Source: Balanoglossus misakiensis
Taxonomy: Eukaryota; Animalia; Hemichordata
Assembly: GCA_040954595.2 (NCBI GenBank)
Contig: CM082585.2
Coordinates: forward strand, 2,200,902-2,264,901
Direction of reading: 5' to 3'
Length of the DNA stretch: 64,000 nucleotides
The notes beneath the pieces were generated by a model. That model was not told the DNA's origin and did no database searches. It saw only the letters and a list, made by a program, of their open reading frames with translations. Positions within the stretch are counted from its first letter, which is position 1. Every line of letters begins with the position of its first letter. A program made the translations under genes and the position numbers. Positions 12,843 to 24,360 of the stretch are shown here, one piece after another.

Positions 12843-15800
12843 ATGTGGGGCAAACTATTCAACAGGAGTAGCGCACTTCTTAAAAGTTTGTCTATTGTTA
12901 TGCCGAATAGAAAAGGGAAAAGTTACTTCAACATAGGCCAGTGGGCAAAGGACCAAAAGATAGCGAGACAGGTAGCTGAAGAGAAGTGTTTACAACAACT
13001 ATATCAGGAGAAATTGAAGACTAGATCTTTGTCTGGGAGCGTGGCCAACAACCTATTGGTAGTTAGAACAAAGAGAGGACAGACTAAACACAGGTTTAAC
13101 TTAGGAGAGTGGTGTAGACAGAGAAAGAGAAAGAGAGATGAGGAAGAAAGCATAATTCAGGATAAGTTGAATAAGTTGAGTGCAGCTAGGAGACTAGTAA
13201 AAAGATCCTCAACCCAGCTAGCTAGACTAGAGAAGAAGAACAGTAAGATTTGTGAGATCTTAGCTACAAAGAATAATAAGAGAAAGGTAAGCTAGATCAG
13301 ATAAATAGACTTAGTCATAATTTTAAAAATCTCAGATTTGTATAAATCCTCTTCAAATTTTAGCCCAAATTCGCTTTTTGAACTTCATGTCACATGATCC
13401 TGTGTAAACAATGATAACAAAATGGGTTCAGCTTTGATGCAAAACATCTAGGTTTTCCAACAAACTATGTATATTTTTTAGGATTTTTATTGCAGAAGTT
13501 GTCAGAAAAATACAGGCTACACGTGTGTATTTCTTATCAAGGACATTTAAATTAATGATTAACTTGTAAGAAGATTTTATTTTATATATAATGATTATAT
13601 TCTAATTAGTATATATTTATCACACACTTAATCTTTCAGATTCCTGTTGATGTTGTTAATGTGAAACGCTCTAAATGGGTCCACAAGAACACTGAAGTAT
13701 GTGCAGATAATAGTGAATCTTTGAAGCTGTCGCGACGTCAACAGTATGAACGTAGATGTGAAACCTTATCAGCAGCCATAAATATTCATGTAGCAACTAC
13801 AGATGTAAGCCCAGCCAAAGGTATAAATAAACCGAATGTACTACATCCACCAAAAGCAGCACTTGATGGTTTGTGGTATACTCTTGTTAATTCTGCCACT
13901 CCTGACCAAATGAAAACATTCTTCAGAACCTCTCCCCAAATCAGTAAAAAAGTAATGCCATCAGTATTTGATAAATACATCAGTAAATTTGAGAAAAGTG
14001 AGAACAATTTGGTGAGGAGTGTCAGAACTATGTATGAGGGCGGAGTACTATCCAAACGAAAATATAACTGTCTGAGGCAGAGTGAACTTCAGATGTTCTC
14101 CAACTTGAAACATCCTAGGAAAGCATTAGAAATTCATTCTGGCTGTAGAATACCAAGACTGCTCCCATACACAAAAGTTGTACAGTATGTAAGTAACCTT
14201 GACATTGGAAATCTTGAGCCAATTATATCATCTGAAGGCAAACAAGTCGGCTTAAAAAGAAACCCTGAGGAGTTGCTTATTAAGATTGCCAGTTTATATT
14301 TAAATATGGGGGAAACACAGCCTGATATTCTTAACTGGTTCGGTAAACAGGAGGGCTCATTTCAAATCAGTATAGGTGCTGACGGGGCTCCGTTTGGCAA
14401 ACATGGACAGGCCACTGCATGGCTAGTTAGTTTCTTGAATGTGACCCACCGTGTTGCTAGCCCAGACCACAATTTTCTCCTATTAGGGGCAAACATAAAA
14501 GAGGATGACCCCATAATGATTGAATTTGCAATTGCATTGTCAAAAGACCTTGAGTGTATTGAGAAACGTAAATATAAAGTTGGCAGTCTTGATGTAACTT
14601 TTCAGGTGTCACTTTTACCCTTTGATCAGAAGGGATTGGCCAGTGTGTCTGGAGAACTAAGCAATGCAGCAAAGTATTTCAGCTCATTTGCTAACGTTCC
14701 AAAAATGATATTGATTGTATTGGAGCAGAAATTGGCCCAGGTCAGAAGTGGGATGAATGGAAATATCAGAAAAGAATTAAAGATGCAGAAGCTGTTGAAA
14801 AGTTGAAGTCAACTAAGAAAATTAAAACTGGAAAGCCCAAAACAGTGCGACCCAAAATCACACAATTTATAGCCAGTCTGAGGTCAAGACAGGAATTTGT
14901 ACCACCGTTGGGTAGATTTATTGATTGTGCCAAGGCTGAGCCATTGCATTTAAAGAACAATGCATGGCAATACTACTTCCAACGATTACTGATTGACGCA
15001 GTTGCCCACACTTCGGAAAAGGGTCGTGAAAATGGAGTTAAAATTGAGAATCTACCTAACGAGTCATATCTGTACAAATTCCTGTCTGCCCTAAAATATC
15101 AAGTAAAAGCTGGAAAGTTGTATAATAAGATTGTAAAATACTTCAATGAAAATAGTGTCAAGTCAAATGCCAACATTAATGTGGTTTATCGCTTCACTGG
15201 TGAGGAGTCTCGCAAACTTGCTTGGCATTTCATAGGATTGGTATTAGCATTGAGAAGCGATACAGACAGACCAAAGCGTCGGGCTCAATTAGCTCTCTAC
15301 ACATATACTGGTATCTTGCTTAGAGATATCACTTTGTTATTCTCACGATTCAACATAAATGAGGGAGATTTGCTTGTACTTAGGCATAAGTGTCGGTGGT
15401 ACTTTAATCTACATTCCCTGTTTCTGAATGTCAATAATACTGTGTGGCACATTGGTTATGTAGTCCCAAAACACACCACTAGTATCTATAAGCAATTCAG
15501 TCTGGGATTAGGCCTAAACACAATGGAAGGCAGAGAGGCAAAGCATCTTCGCCTGCTAGAATTCAGTGAAAATTCTACACCTCAAAATAGGTGGGCCCTC
15601 ATATTTCGACACGAATATGTGATGCTTTTTTGGCTGAGGAACAAAAGTCCAAAAGCTGACAACTATAGAAATGCAAATGTAGGTCAATTTGAGCTTAAAG
15701 AAAAAGAAAAATACATTCCCAGTCGATATTATGAGAATGCAGGCTACTGTATGTGTGGCAATTTAAAAAAATGAAACAATGACTGCCTGTGAAATATGTG

Positions 15801-15880
15801 TTGACCCAATTATGGATGACATAAAAAAAGCAGCTGTCACTGGTAAAATATCAAATAAACTCAAGAAACTTATGCTGTGA
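12843..15880 (+). CDS. Spliced RAG1/Transib/Chapaev-like DDE transposase, ~890 aa after two single-base frameshift corrections
   Basis: Exon 12843-13286 (AAG|GTAAG, phase 0) joins in frame to the exon starting at 13640 (TTTCAG|ATT). Motifs in RAG1/CMC order: IGADGAPF (D), PFDQKGL (D), AEPLH, RFTGEESRKL, VWHIGYVVPKH and GLNTMEGREAKH (E). Frameshifts lie at ~14698 and ~15770 (A-run); the corrected tail is CMCG..CEIC..KLML*. A probable non-coding exon ends at the GTGAGT donor at 12122, with the acceptor at 12826. Confidence 0.82.
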
Positions 15881-16732
15881 ACAATGATTGAATTTGAAAC
15901 AGTGGATTGTGTCACTGTGTGCTACTTTAGAATTAAAGGATAACTATAGTATTAATTACATTACAGAATTATAAAGACTCATCTGTAGTTGAGAGCTGCA
16001 TTTAATAAAAATGGAGATCACAAATCACATGAATTCACACTTTTTGAACTGGAGATGATATGTTTCTTATGGGATTTTGTATATGTGTGCATGTATGGGG
16101 ACAGGGAAATTGAAACTTATCTTACCACTATTAAGTATTGTGAATAAACCCTTAATCGTATAGTGATTGCAGTGCTTTGCAAAATTAAAATGTATGACAT
16201 ACATAAGCTTGATAGAAAAGTTTTACATTTTTCTTGAGGAGTTGTTTATTCTGCACCTGCACGAAATTTTAATGAATTTGTGAAAAAATAAAGAATTAAG
16301 TCTCATCAAATTCTTGATATTTATAAATTTTGTCATGGAATTAATTGTAAATATTAATTAAATTTAGACCAGAAATCCTGGTTAACTGTTAGATGAGCAG
16401 TTTTGATTGACTTATCAATGTTGATTGTAGGTAACATACATTTTTTTCTGAAACTAATGAAAAATCTATGTTACAATAATGATGGAAAAAAAGAATTTTA
16501 CAGTTTAGGAAATTTTGTAAACATTATCTGTTCATTTGTATTGAATGTAGATAAATAAAGACAAGTGATGAATTTTTGAGTCTTCTAATTTTCCTTTTTT
16601 TATTTGAATATATGTCAATTGTGAGAGGACTGTCTTGACAGACTGATACATCTACACTGAACAACATGTGCCACAGATCAGGAAAAAAATGTTCCTCAGA
16701 TGGGTTGAATCAGTGTGAAAAATCAATAGGGT

Positions 16733-17383
16733 TCAGTTCTCTGGATGTAATGGAATTCCATGTTTGTTCCAGGCACCAAAGCTGAATCTAACAGCAACAG
16801 TCTCCCTGTTGATAAAATATTTCACAACACAGGGCTTCTCAGGTGTGAATATAACAGCTACCCTCTTTCCACGGACTTTCTTCTCTAGGATATTCTCTGT
16901 ATGCTGACCGATAGCGCCCTCGTAGCAATAACCTTTCCGTATCACATACAATAGCTTCAAGGAACTTGTGAAGGTCAAGGTTATGATAGCCCTGGAGGTC
17001 TTCTCGTCGATACCAAAACCGGTCCGAGTAGCAAACTGATGAAAAACATCAAATACTTCCCTCGGCATTTGTCGTGTAAAGCTGCTTTGCCATGGTGACC
17101 TTAACGACGGGGATGTTGACAGCCGAGCGTAGAAGGTCTTCTGCCAGTAGGTCATATCACGCTGAAACATGGGAAATACGGCGACGTCACGCCAACGAAT
17201 CTTGTCCTTTGACAGCTTGTCGTTTCGAAATATGGCCCTTGTTGTCACATCCTCAAGTTCATCAAAGAGTGGGTGTATATACAGATTGTCCGACACGCAT
17301 TTTTTACGTTTAAGCACAGATTTTGCCTCTCGCAATTTGCGTTTTATAACTTTCTCGGCATCGATCAACACGGGCGCCGCCAT
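16733..17383 (-). CDS. 216-aa basic orphan accessory protein of the transposon, function unknown
   Basis: Intact single-exon ORF with good start context (GCCAAGATGGCG) 84 nt inside the right terminus. It is convergent with the transposase across an AT-rich spacer with poly(A)-type signals on both strands. No kelch/PHD pattern. Confidence 0.72.
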   Translation of the reverse strand: MAAPVLIDAEKVIKRKLREAKSVLKRKKCVSDNLYIHPLFDELEDVTTRAIFRNDKLSKDKIRWRDVAVFPMFQRDMTYWQKTFYARLSTSPSLRSPWQSSFTRQMPREVFDVFHQFATRTGFGIDEKTSRAIITLTFTSSLKLLYVIRKGYCYEGAIGQHTENILEKKVRGKRVAVIFTPEKPCVVKYFINRETVAVRFSFGAWNKHGIPLHPEN

Positions 17384-17467
17384 CTTGGCAATGCGTTGCT
17401 ATGGTGAACATGGGAGCTCGCGCTTCGCGGAATACTGCCCAACATAGCTCTAGTATTTCCCGCAGTG

Positions 17468-19290
17468 TGTAACAGCTTTTCACCAAATTGGACCATTGGC
17501 GAATTGAACTCTCTGTACAGGATCCCATCTTTCATGATGAACTTCAACCTACCTCCATTCCTAGTCACTTTCTCGTCACCCAAAATTGCCTTCTCACGTA
17601 GTTTGTCAAGAGTGGAGTCTTCTTCTTGAGCTTGTTGAAGCTTCCCTGGCATCACCACTTCACCAACAGCTTTAGGTACTTTAAGCTCTCTGATTGGTTT
17701 TTGGTTGGCTATCTTCTGGGCTCTGGTCTCCACAGCATTTGCTAAACCTGGTACCTGTCCAACAGTTGTACACAGTCTACATGTCGGCAATGGTTCCTGC
17801 CATGTAGTATCAGGATTCGAAGGGTCAGATACACCATCAATGTTGCCCAGTATTAAATCATACACATGGTTCATCATGCACAGTGCAGTAACATCACCAA
17901 CAAAGTAAGGGGTATCAACTTTTATAGAGGCTACAGGTACTCTTCTAATAGTCCCATCTATCAGAACACACGTCCTGTACTCACCAGTCAGCTGATTACT
18001 TGACACCAGACTTCTTCGAACTACCACGCTACTACACCCACTATCACGCAAAACGCTAACCAGCTTACCATCGAGCAATCCCTTCATTACCGGCATCTTC
18101 TTCACTCCATGGGCACTACAAGCAGCACTCATCACTGGGAGCTTATGACCACATGGTAACACGAACTCCTTATTCAGTGTTGCATCTGTTTTATCTATTT
18201 CCATTGCTACCACCATACATGCATAACCAGTGTCTAGTCCCCTGGGCTGTTGACGGTTGCCCCAATGTGTACATTCTTGTTTAGGTGGATAGTTTCTATC
18301 TTCTTCAGTTAACAATACCGCCGTCTTATGCATCTTTGGCTTACTTCTACAATCTTTGGCCATATGACCACCTTTACCACATACGAAGCACGTACCTTTA
18401 AAAACATGGGAACCATTGGTTTTGTTATTAAACTTATTTACTTGATTTGGATATACAGAAGGCTTGGTATTTGCTGTCGGCTGGCTCCTTGGATTATTCT
18501 TGGCATTACTTGGCAGTTTCCACCACCCTCGGGCATCTAAGTATTTTGAGGCAGTAGATACCATCTCTTGGACATTCTCTGGCCGTCGCTCTCTAATGAA
18601 CATTGCCATGTCTCTGGAACATACTCCAATAAACTGCTCTCGAAGTAACAGATCTGTAAGCCCATTGTACGTCTTTGGAGTACCAGCCAGTTCTACCCAT
18701 CTGCCCAAATAGTCACCAATACGGTCCATAAACTTTTGAGCACTTTCATCATAATGTGGCATACACGAACGGAACTTGTCATGAAAACTCTCCTCACTTA
18801 ACTGGTAAGCCCTCAATAACTCTGGTTTCAATTCATCATAATTATTTGCAGACGCTGCAGGCATTTGGTTGTATGTGGATACATCCTTACCTTGTAACAA
18901 TATGCACTGAGATTCACCCCCAGTCATCTTTTTCCCACTTCTGAGCAGTGGCGTAGCGCTGAAAACGTTGAAGGTACGCATCCATATCATCAACATCCTC
19001 ACGAAAACCCTGTAGTCTCGGAGCACGCGCTTTGGCCAAATTATTTTCAGTAACCTGCTGTTCTGTATTTTCCCCTTTCAATTTTAATTCTTGTAAGTGA
19101 ATTTGCATTTTCAGTATCTCTCTCTCATGTTCCTCGCGCCGCCTATTATCTTCTCTCTGCTCCTCTCTCTCAGTAGCCCTAAGATCCCTCTGTCTAATTT
19201 GTTCCTCTCTAACATAATCTTTTAAAGCAGTCCCTTCCAACCCAAATTTTCTCCCTATCTTAGATATTCTTTCTGCATATATGCTTTGCT
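17468..19290 (-). pseudogene. gag: Gmr1 gag (SCAN-like capsid, CCHC knuckle) and aspartic protease, frameshifted near 18915
   Basis: DMDAYLQRFQRYATAQKW; YDELKPELLRAYQL...LLLREQF...FIRERRP (SCAN-like); CFVCGKGGHMAKDC; LRDSGCSSVVV; DLILGN. The start position is approximate. Confidence 0.9.
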
Positions 19291-19559
19291 GTATCGCGAT
19301 TTACAACCCCCAGTTTGACAACCCCTAGCAGTACAGGGCATTCAGCACAAGTCAACACAGCCAAACGCACGACGCAAACCAACACGGCCCATATTATATA
19401 GCAGGAAACCACAAGCGCACATACAGTAACAGTACCAGCCTACAGACCCAGCACCGTCTTCACAATTTGCAGAATCTCTACCTATCAAAACCATGGTCTC
19501 CACTATATGGCAACAATTTATGATAGTATACAAACAAATGCACAACAAAACGATAAAAC

Positions 19560-19576
19560 TCCCGGACGAGCCCCCA
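19560..19576 (-). promoter_or_regulatory. Primer binding site complementary to the tRNA-Pro 3' end
   Basis: The minus strand reads TGGGGGCTCGTCCGGGA, the classic tRNA-Pro PBS (as in MLV), 2 nt after the LTR-terminal CA. Confidence 0.92.
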
Positions 19577-19578
19577 AA

Positions 19579-20875
19579 TGTCAGAGGTGGAGGGCACCCC
19601 TCTGATTCCAGGATAAATATTGAGCAGCTCTCAGTGCCAAGGAGTAAACATCCGTGGATAAGGTATGGGGAGAAACTACACAAACCAGTGCGGATACAAT
19701 AATACAGTTGATTTAATTTAAATCAATTAAATAATATAAAGATAATACTAGGAATATAATTTTTGTGCACAATATGCACAATATCAAATGTCTCTGTCCT
19801 AACCAATTTAGCAGGTACAGGTATGCTGATACAATTGGTCATACAATACAATGGGTTACTTAATATATTACATAAATGAATATATTCACAATATCACTAT
19901 AGTTTATTGTCTATTGCATATTGTCTAAACAATGGTAAGTGTCACTTAGCTGTATATAACATTCATAGTAAACAATCATGATTCAACCACAATATGGGAT
20001 GGAGTCCTGTATAGATGAACGATGTAGCGACGATCCACATTACACATACAATCTGTGATACACCATGTTTTCTACCACTTGTAGTCCTCCAGTAGTCAAG
20101 TAAACACACTGAAGACTGACTTGTTAGATGCAAGTCTTGGGTTAAATGGCTGAATGAAAAATCAACAAACATTGACTGAAATGTCCACCTTAGCAACTGT
20201 TCACAAATGAATACTGACGTTTCTCAATAATAATTATCAGAAATTTGGACTAGTTAAAGCGTCATGATTACATGTGATATCATGGAAAATTATGCTTTAA
20301 CTATGACCGTCCTATTACTTACAAATTGTCGAATTTGACATAAATATCCATAAAATATAAATTTAAGTTATAGTAAATAAATAAACAAATACATTACTTA
20401 CACGAGAATTCTTCACCACACTTCATGCTCAGCAATACCGGGTCTATAGGATGGTTCCACAGAACTCTGCTTGGAGCAATTTCCAGCCACACCACATACG
20501 ACCATGCCAGCCACGCCAATCGCCCGACCACACCGGTTTGCACTGAATAAGCACAATTCTGCTTTCTAGAAGTACTGAATTTACTTCCACTCGAATTGCA
20601 GAAACAGTGGTCCTGAGAGCACTAATGCGCGCTACAGCATTACATGGACACAGCAAGGTATGGTGCAATATTTCCCCTAGTATTTCTACTCACTGAGCAG
20701 GGAGACCCGACTTGTTGCTCCCTTCAAGACCTAAATTGAAGTGTGCTCTCTTACTACACGAAACTTAGCTAACGAAGCCATATTCATTAACATGACAATA
20801 CACGGTGTCACTACACCTGAAATTATGCGGGCACCTGGGTTTCCACTGACTCCAGTACTACCTAATTATATGACA
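19579..20875 (-). repeat. 5' LTR of the Gmr1 element (~1.3 kb; partner LTR absent)
   Basis: The inner end is fixed by TGTCA adjacent to the PBS. The outer end is inferred from TGACA at 20871-20875, where homology to a paralogous flank (3954-3978) begins. Confidence 0.72.
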
Positions 20876-21089
20876 AGTTGGGACCGACAGTCGAGACCCA
20901 TACAGCATTACAATCAACAAATAGTAAAAAAAATAAAAAAGTAAACAAAAAACAGGAAAACATTTTAAAAATACAAATAAAATTATGAAACTACTAAAAA
21001 AACAAAACAAAAACAAAAACAACACAAAAACACAAAACAACAAGCGAGGTCAATAAAGATTAACGCTTACAAAGATAGAAAAAGTAAGA

Positions 21090-23058
21090 CTGTTGTGATT
21101 ATTGCTGGAATAGGCAATGTTTTAATCTACCTGCAAATACTGGTGTGACAAAGATTGTCGGCCAGTCAACATCACCAACGATATTAACAATATAAAAATA
21201 AATAAAATTTCAACGATTCAACTTCTTTTCTAGCTTCCTATCTGGATAGTTTGTTTTATTTTACTCTAAAGATCACCTTTCTTCTAGGCCACGTGGCAAG
21301 AGACGTTTTCAACTTCTACTATCATCGATGCGAGAGTACTATAGTATTCTCATATACACAGACAAAGGCCACCAAAATAAGAGAATCATTTGGTCAAATG
21401 GTAGAGGGCGCAAAAACAGATATTTCAAATGACAAAATTTTCCGATAAACGTGTTTAATCAAATCAAACTGTGCTCAATGGTATTCTTGCAAAAATTGAA
21501 TACACATGAAACAAAATACAGCAACTGCCATGAACAACAAGTTTATTCATGACAAAATTCAATTTTTTTAATCAGTGATTTCCATTATCAGCTGAAAACT
21601 AAAATTAGATTGTCATCTTGAACAGTATAAAATCAGCGAGCAATTAGACATTAAGTACCCAGCATACTAAAATAAAACCATGTAAACATGCACAATTAGA
21701 TAATCAAAGATTTTTTATTTATTCACCATGATGTTTTTAATTTATGTCAAATCAAAGTACTTGAAGTTATGGAAGATCAATTAAAATAGAAAACTGTAAT
21801 TTTAATGGCTCGGTAATGTATCCAATTTCTGCCCAATATATGAAATTTCCGAGTCAGCAACTGAAGAATTCGTGGGGAAAATATTTACGTGATGTGTAAC
21901 AGAATTCACTTGGAAGTAAGGAGTTTTTGTAAAATCAACATGCATATTACAATTTATTTGTAAAAACTTGATTGGCAATGGAAAATTGGCGTTTAAATAT
22001 ATAGTACTTCAAGATGAACAGATAAAATATAAGTTATTACAGATGTCATTTTACGACAACAAGGAATGTTCAATCGTTCTTTAATATCTTTAATGATACC
22101 AGGTCAAAGGTCACCTTTGCAAATTCAACCACTGGTACCATAGCCATTTCAAATGTAGCCAAAAGTGCGCCACCACTTTCTTCAAACATACTGAAACCAT
22201 CTACAGGTTACTGTAGTCCTATATCTCTTGGCATCCATGGCAGTTTAGCTAGACATGAGCTGGCAAGGGGTGACCTGCAAGCTTTGAACTCTGGCTTCGG
22301 TAATGTCGACTCTGGCTCTGGCATATACTTGCAGGTCCATATGACCTTGGGGTGAACATGGTCATGAAGAAATAAATAGAATCTGTTTGGTACATTGTCA
22401 ACTTCATTTTAAACTTTCAAATAAATAACAATATGGTGAGTAATGTTTTTGTTGTTTTCAAAGAGACTCACCATACACTTTAGTAAATCAAAGACTTGAA
22501 AAAGTTTTGAGGACTATCATTTGTCTGAATCTCGGACCGCGAGGCACATACTACCTTAAATAGTTTCACTCGCAGCTTCTTGTGGGCAGTTTCTCCTTGC
22601 GTACCTGTACAGACACACCAGGAGACCGATCCCGATGAACAACGACACCCACATGAAAACATTCAAGCGTCTGGTCACACACATTTCCGTCAAACAAGAA
22701 CATGAATGAAACTGCGGAGGAAGAGAACGGGAGAGTGCCCATTAACCCTGTAATGGCCAATCATTTACTGGCACAAGGTTCAGGATGTACGATCACTGGA
22801 GTTGAAAATAAGGTCATGGATTTGAAAATCATTTTGAGTTATGAAATTGAAATACATATTTTTCATTGTGGATTCTCCGACATAAATATTATCAAAATCA
22901 ATAAGGGTTGGCTTTTTAATTTATGACATATAACGCCATGAATCTAGCCCATTAATACAAAGGCAATACTGAAACACATTTCGGGGTAGCGTTATGACAA
23001 CTTGAAGAAAGTATGAATACAAACTTTCTAAAGTAATATTTTAAAGGTTGGCGTATTG
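21090..23058 (+). repeat. ~1.97-kb direct repeat, copy 2
   Basis: Collinear near-identical copy of 4288-6256. Confidence 0.93.
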
Positions 23059-23591
23059 CTTAGCATAATCATTTTTCCGTTTGCTGTGACATTTGTCTCC
23101 CTGTGAGAGTTTAAGTAAATGTAGAGTCACGCAAATTAGGCAACATCAATATCCCATACGTAATTCAGTGTGTTTTGTTCGCATTTTTGGTTTTCATTTT
23201 GAAAATGAACAAAGGACTTTCCTATCATTGACCAACACTCGTATGAATACATCCAAATTACCCAACTTTAATTTTCCTTAAAGAATTGGTCAGCTCTGCG
23301 AATATATTTCACCTGACCACTTCCTTTGCTAAGGAAGAGTGTTGTTTATGTAATAATATTTTTATAATATTTATAACTTATGTAGCACATTAAATCTCAA
23401 CGTGCTTTAAGTTGTCCCATGGTCATTTGAGCTAGGATGTTGGACCTAAATATTCCATTCAACTCCCTGGGGAGCAAACAACATCTCACCATCATTAGAA
23501 ATGCCAAATTACAGTGCTTTTGGCCACGTATTAACCTGGGGATTTACAGTTAACTTTAAATACACACGCATATGCATTTAATCCCCATGTG

Positions 23592-23933
23592 AGGGACAAA
23601 GTCTCTCTCTCGCTGCCCTTTTCCCATATTATATTTGATAAGAGACACCGTTTGTTATTCTACATGTGGATATATAGCGAATGAACGTTCAACCACACAC
23701 AACTTCCATCCCTCTTATAGACAGGAGAGTGAAAAACTCGCCAAAATGAATAATCGTTCTTTACCATTTATTCATTTTGGGCGAGTTTTTACTCTCATAT
23801 CGTACAAACGAGACGGAAGTTGTGTGTGGTCGAATGTTGATTCACCATATATCCACATGTAGAATAACATCAATGGCGTCTTGTATCATACATAATTAAT
23901 TGAAAAAAGGCAGCGATGAGAGACTTTGCCCCT
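23592..23933. mobile_element. Kolobok-derived fold-back MITE, copy 1
   Basis: AGGGACAAAGTCTCTCTC...GAGAGACTTTGCCCCT|TTAA; nearly fully palindromic. The left TTAA has been lost by a deletion relative to copy 2. Confidence 0.82.
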
Positions 23934-24214
23934 TTAAACAATTGGTCAGCTCTGCGAATATAGTTCACCTGACCACTTCCTTTGCTAAGTAAGAGTGTTG
24001 TTTATGTAATAATATCAATATAATATTTATTACTTATATAGCACATTATGCAATAAATCTCAATGTGCTGCTTTGAAGTGTTTCCCATGGTAATTTGACC
24101 TAGGTCGTTGGACCTAAAATATTCCATTCCACTCCATGGGGAGCAAACAACAGCTCACATGTGCAGCTTTTATATCAGCAAAGCAGACCTATACATACAC
24201 ATTACAATATCCGA

Positions 24215-24360
24215 TCCACCAAATTACCCTTTTCTTATAGGCGGGGAGAGGCAAGGAGATGTAAATTGCCTTGCCAGAGGACACAACACCACAACCATGC
24301 CAGGGATCAAACTCTTGATTCTTTGATTATGGGTCTGATGCTCTAACCACTGGACTATGA
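24215..24360 (-). mobile_element. Degenerate tRNA-derived SINE (second copy ~42293-42425)
   Basis: The minus strand shows an A-box-like TAGTCCAGTGG, a B-box-like GTTTGATCC, then TGTTGTGTCCTCTGGCAAGGCA, which resembles an invertebrate SINE body. Confidence 0.65.

Larger units (their letters stand above)
11994..17467 (+). mobile_element. 5,474-bp two-gene cut-and-paste DNA transposon (CMC/Chapaev-Transib-RAG1-like) inserted in gypsy pol
   Basis: TGT|CACTACA...CGCAGTG|TGT gives a 3-bp TSD. Removing the element and one TGT restores the pol frame GEKLLQVVVP. Both ends carry TGGGCAGTATT at positions 27-37 inward. It contains a DDE transposase (+) and a convergent orphan ORF (-). Confidence 0.92.
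9978..20875 (-). mobile_element. Gmr1-type Ty3/gypsy LTR retrotransposon, 3'-truncated and interrupted by a DNA transposon
   Basis: Order on the minus strand: 5' LTR, tRNA-Pro PBS, SCAN-gag, CCHC, protease, integrase, RT. RT homology ends after FLGHVVGHGELV (~9980). No RNase H or 3' LTR is present in the window. Confidence 0.92.

Noticed and set aside
16733-17383. Calling the convergent ORF RAG2-like and the element a true ProtoRAG
   Set aside because: The ORF is too short, with no kelch or PHD pattern. The TSD is 3 bp rather than 5 bp, and the transposase lacks the RAG1 CxxC.
17379-17387. GCCATCTTG resembling a ProtoRAG subterminal motif
   Set aside because: It is present at one end only and is simply the start context (CAAGATGGC) of the 216-aa ORF.
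17365-17467. C-terminus of the 553-aa ORF (HTAGNTRAML...)
   Set aside because: This is read-through from pol into the inserted transposon end; the true continuation is at 11990.
4288-23058. The two 1.97-kb direct repeats as LTRs of the Gmr1 element
   Set aside because: The PBS abuts a different sequence (19579 onward), and the repeats lack TG..CA ends and a TSD.
24285-24360. tRNA gene
   Set aside because: Degenerate A/B boxes without a good cloverleaf, fused to a SINE-like body.
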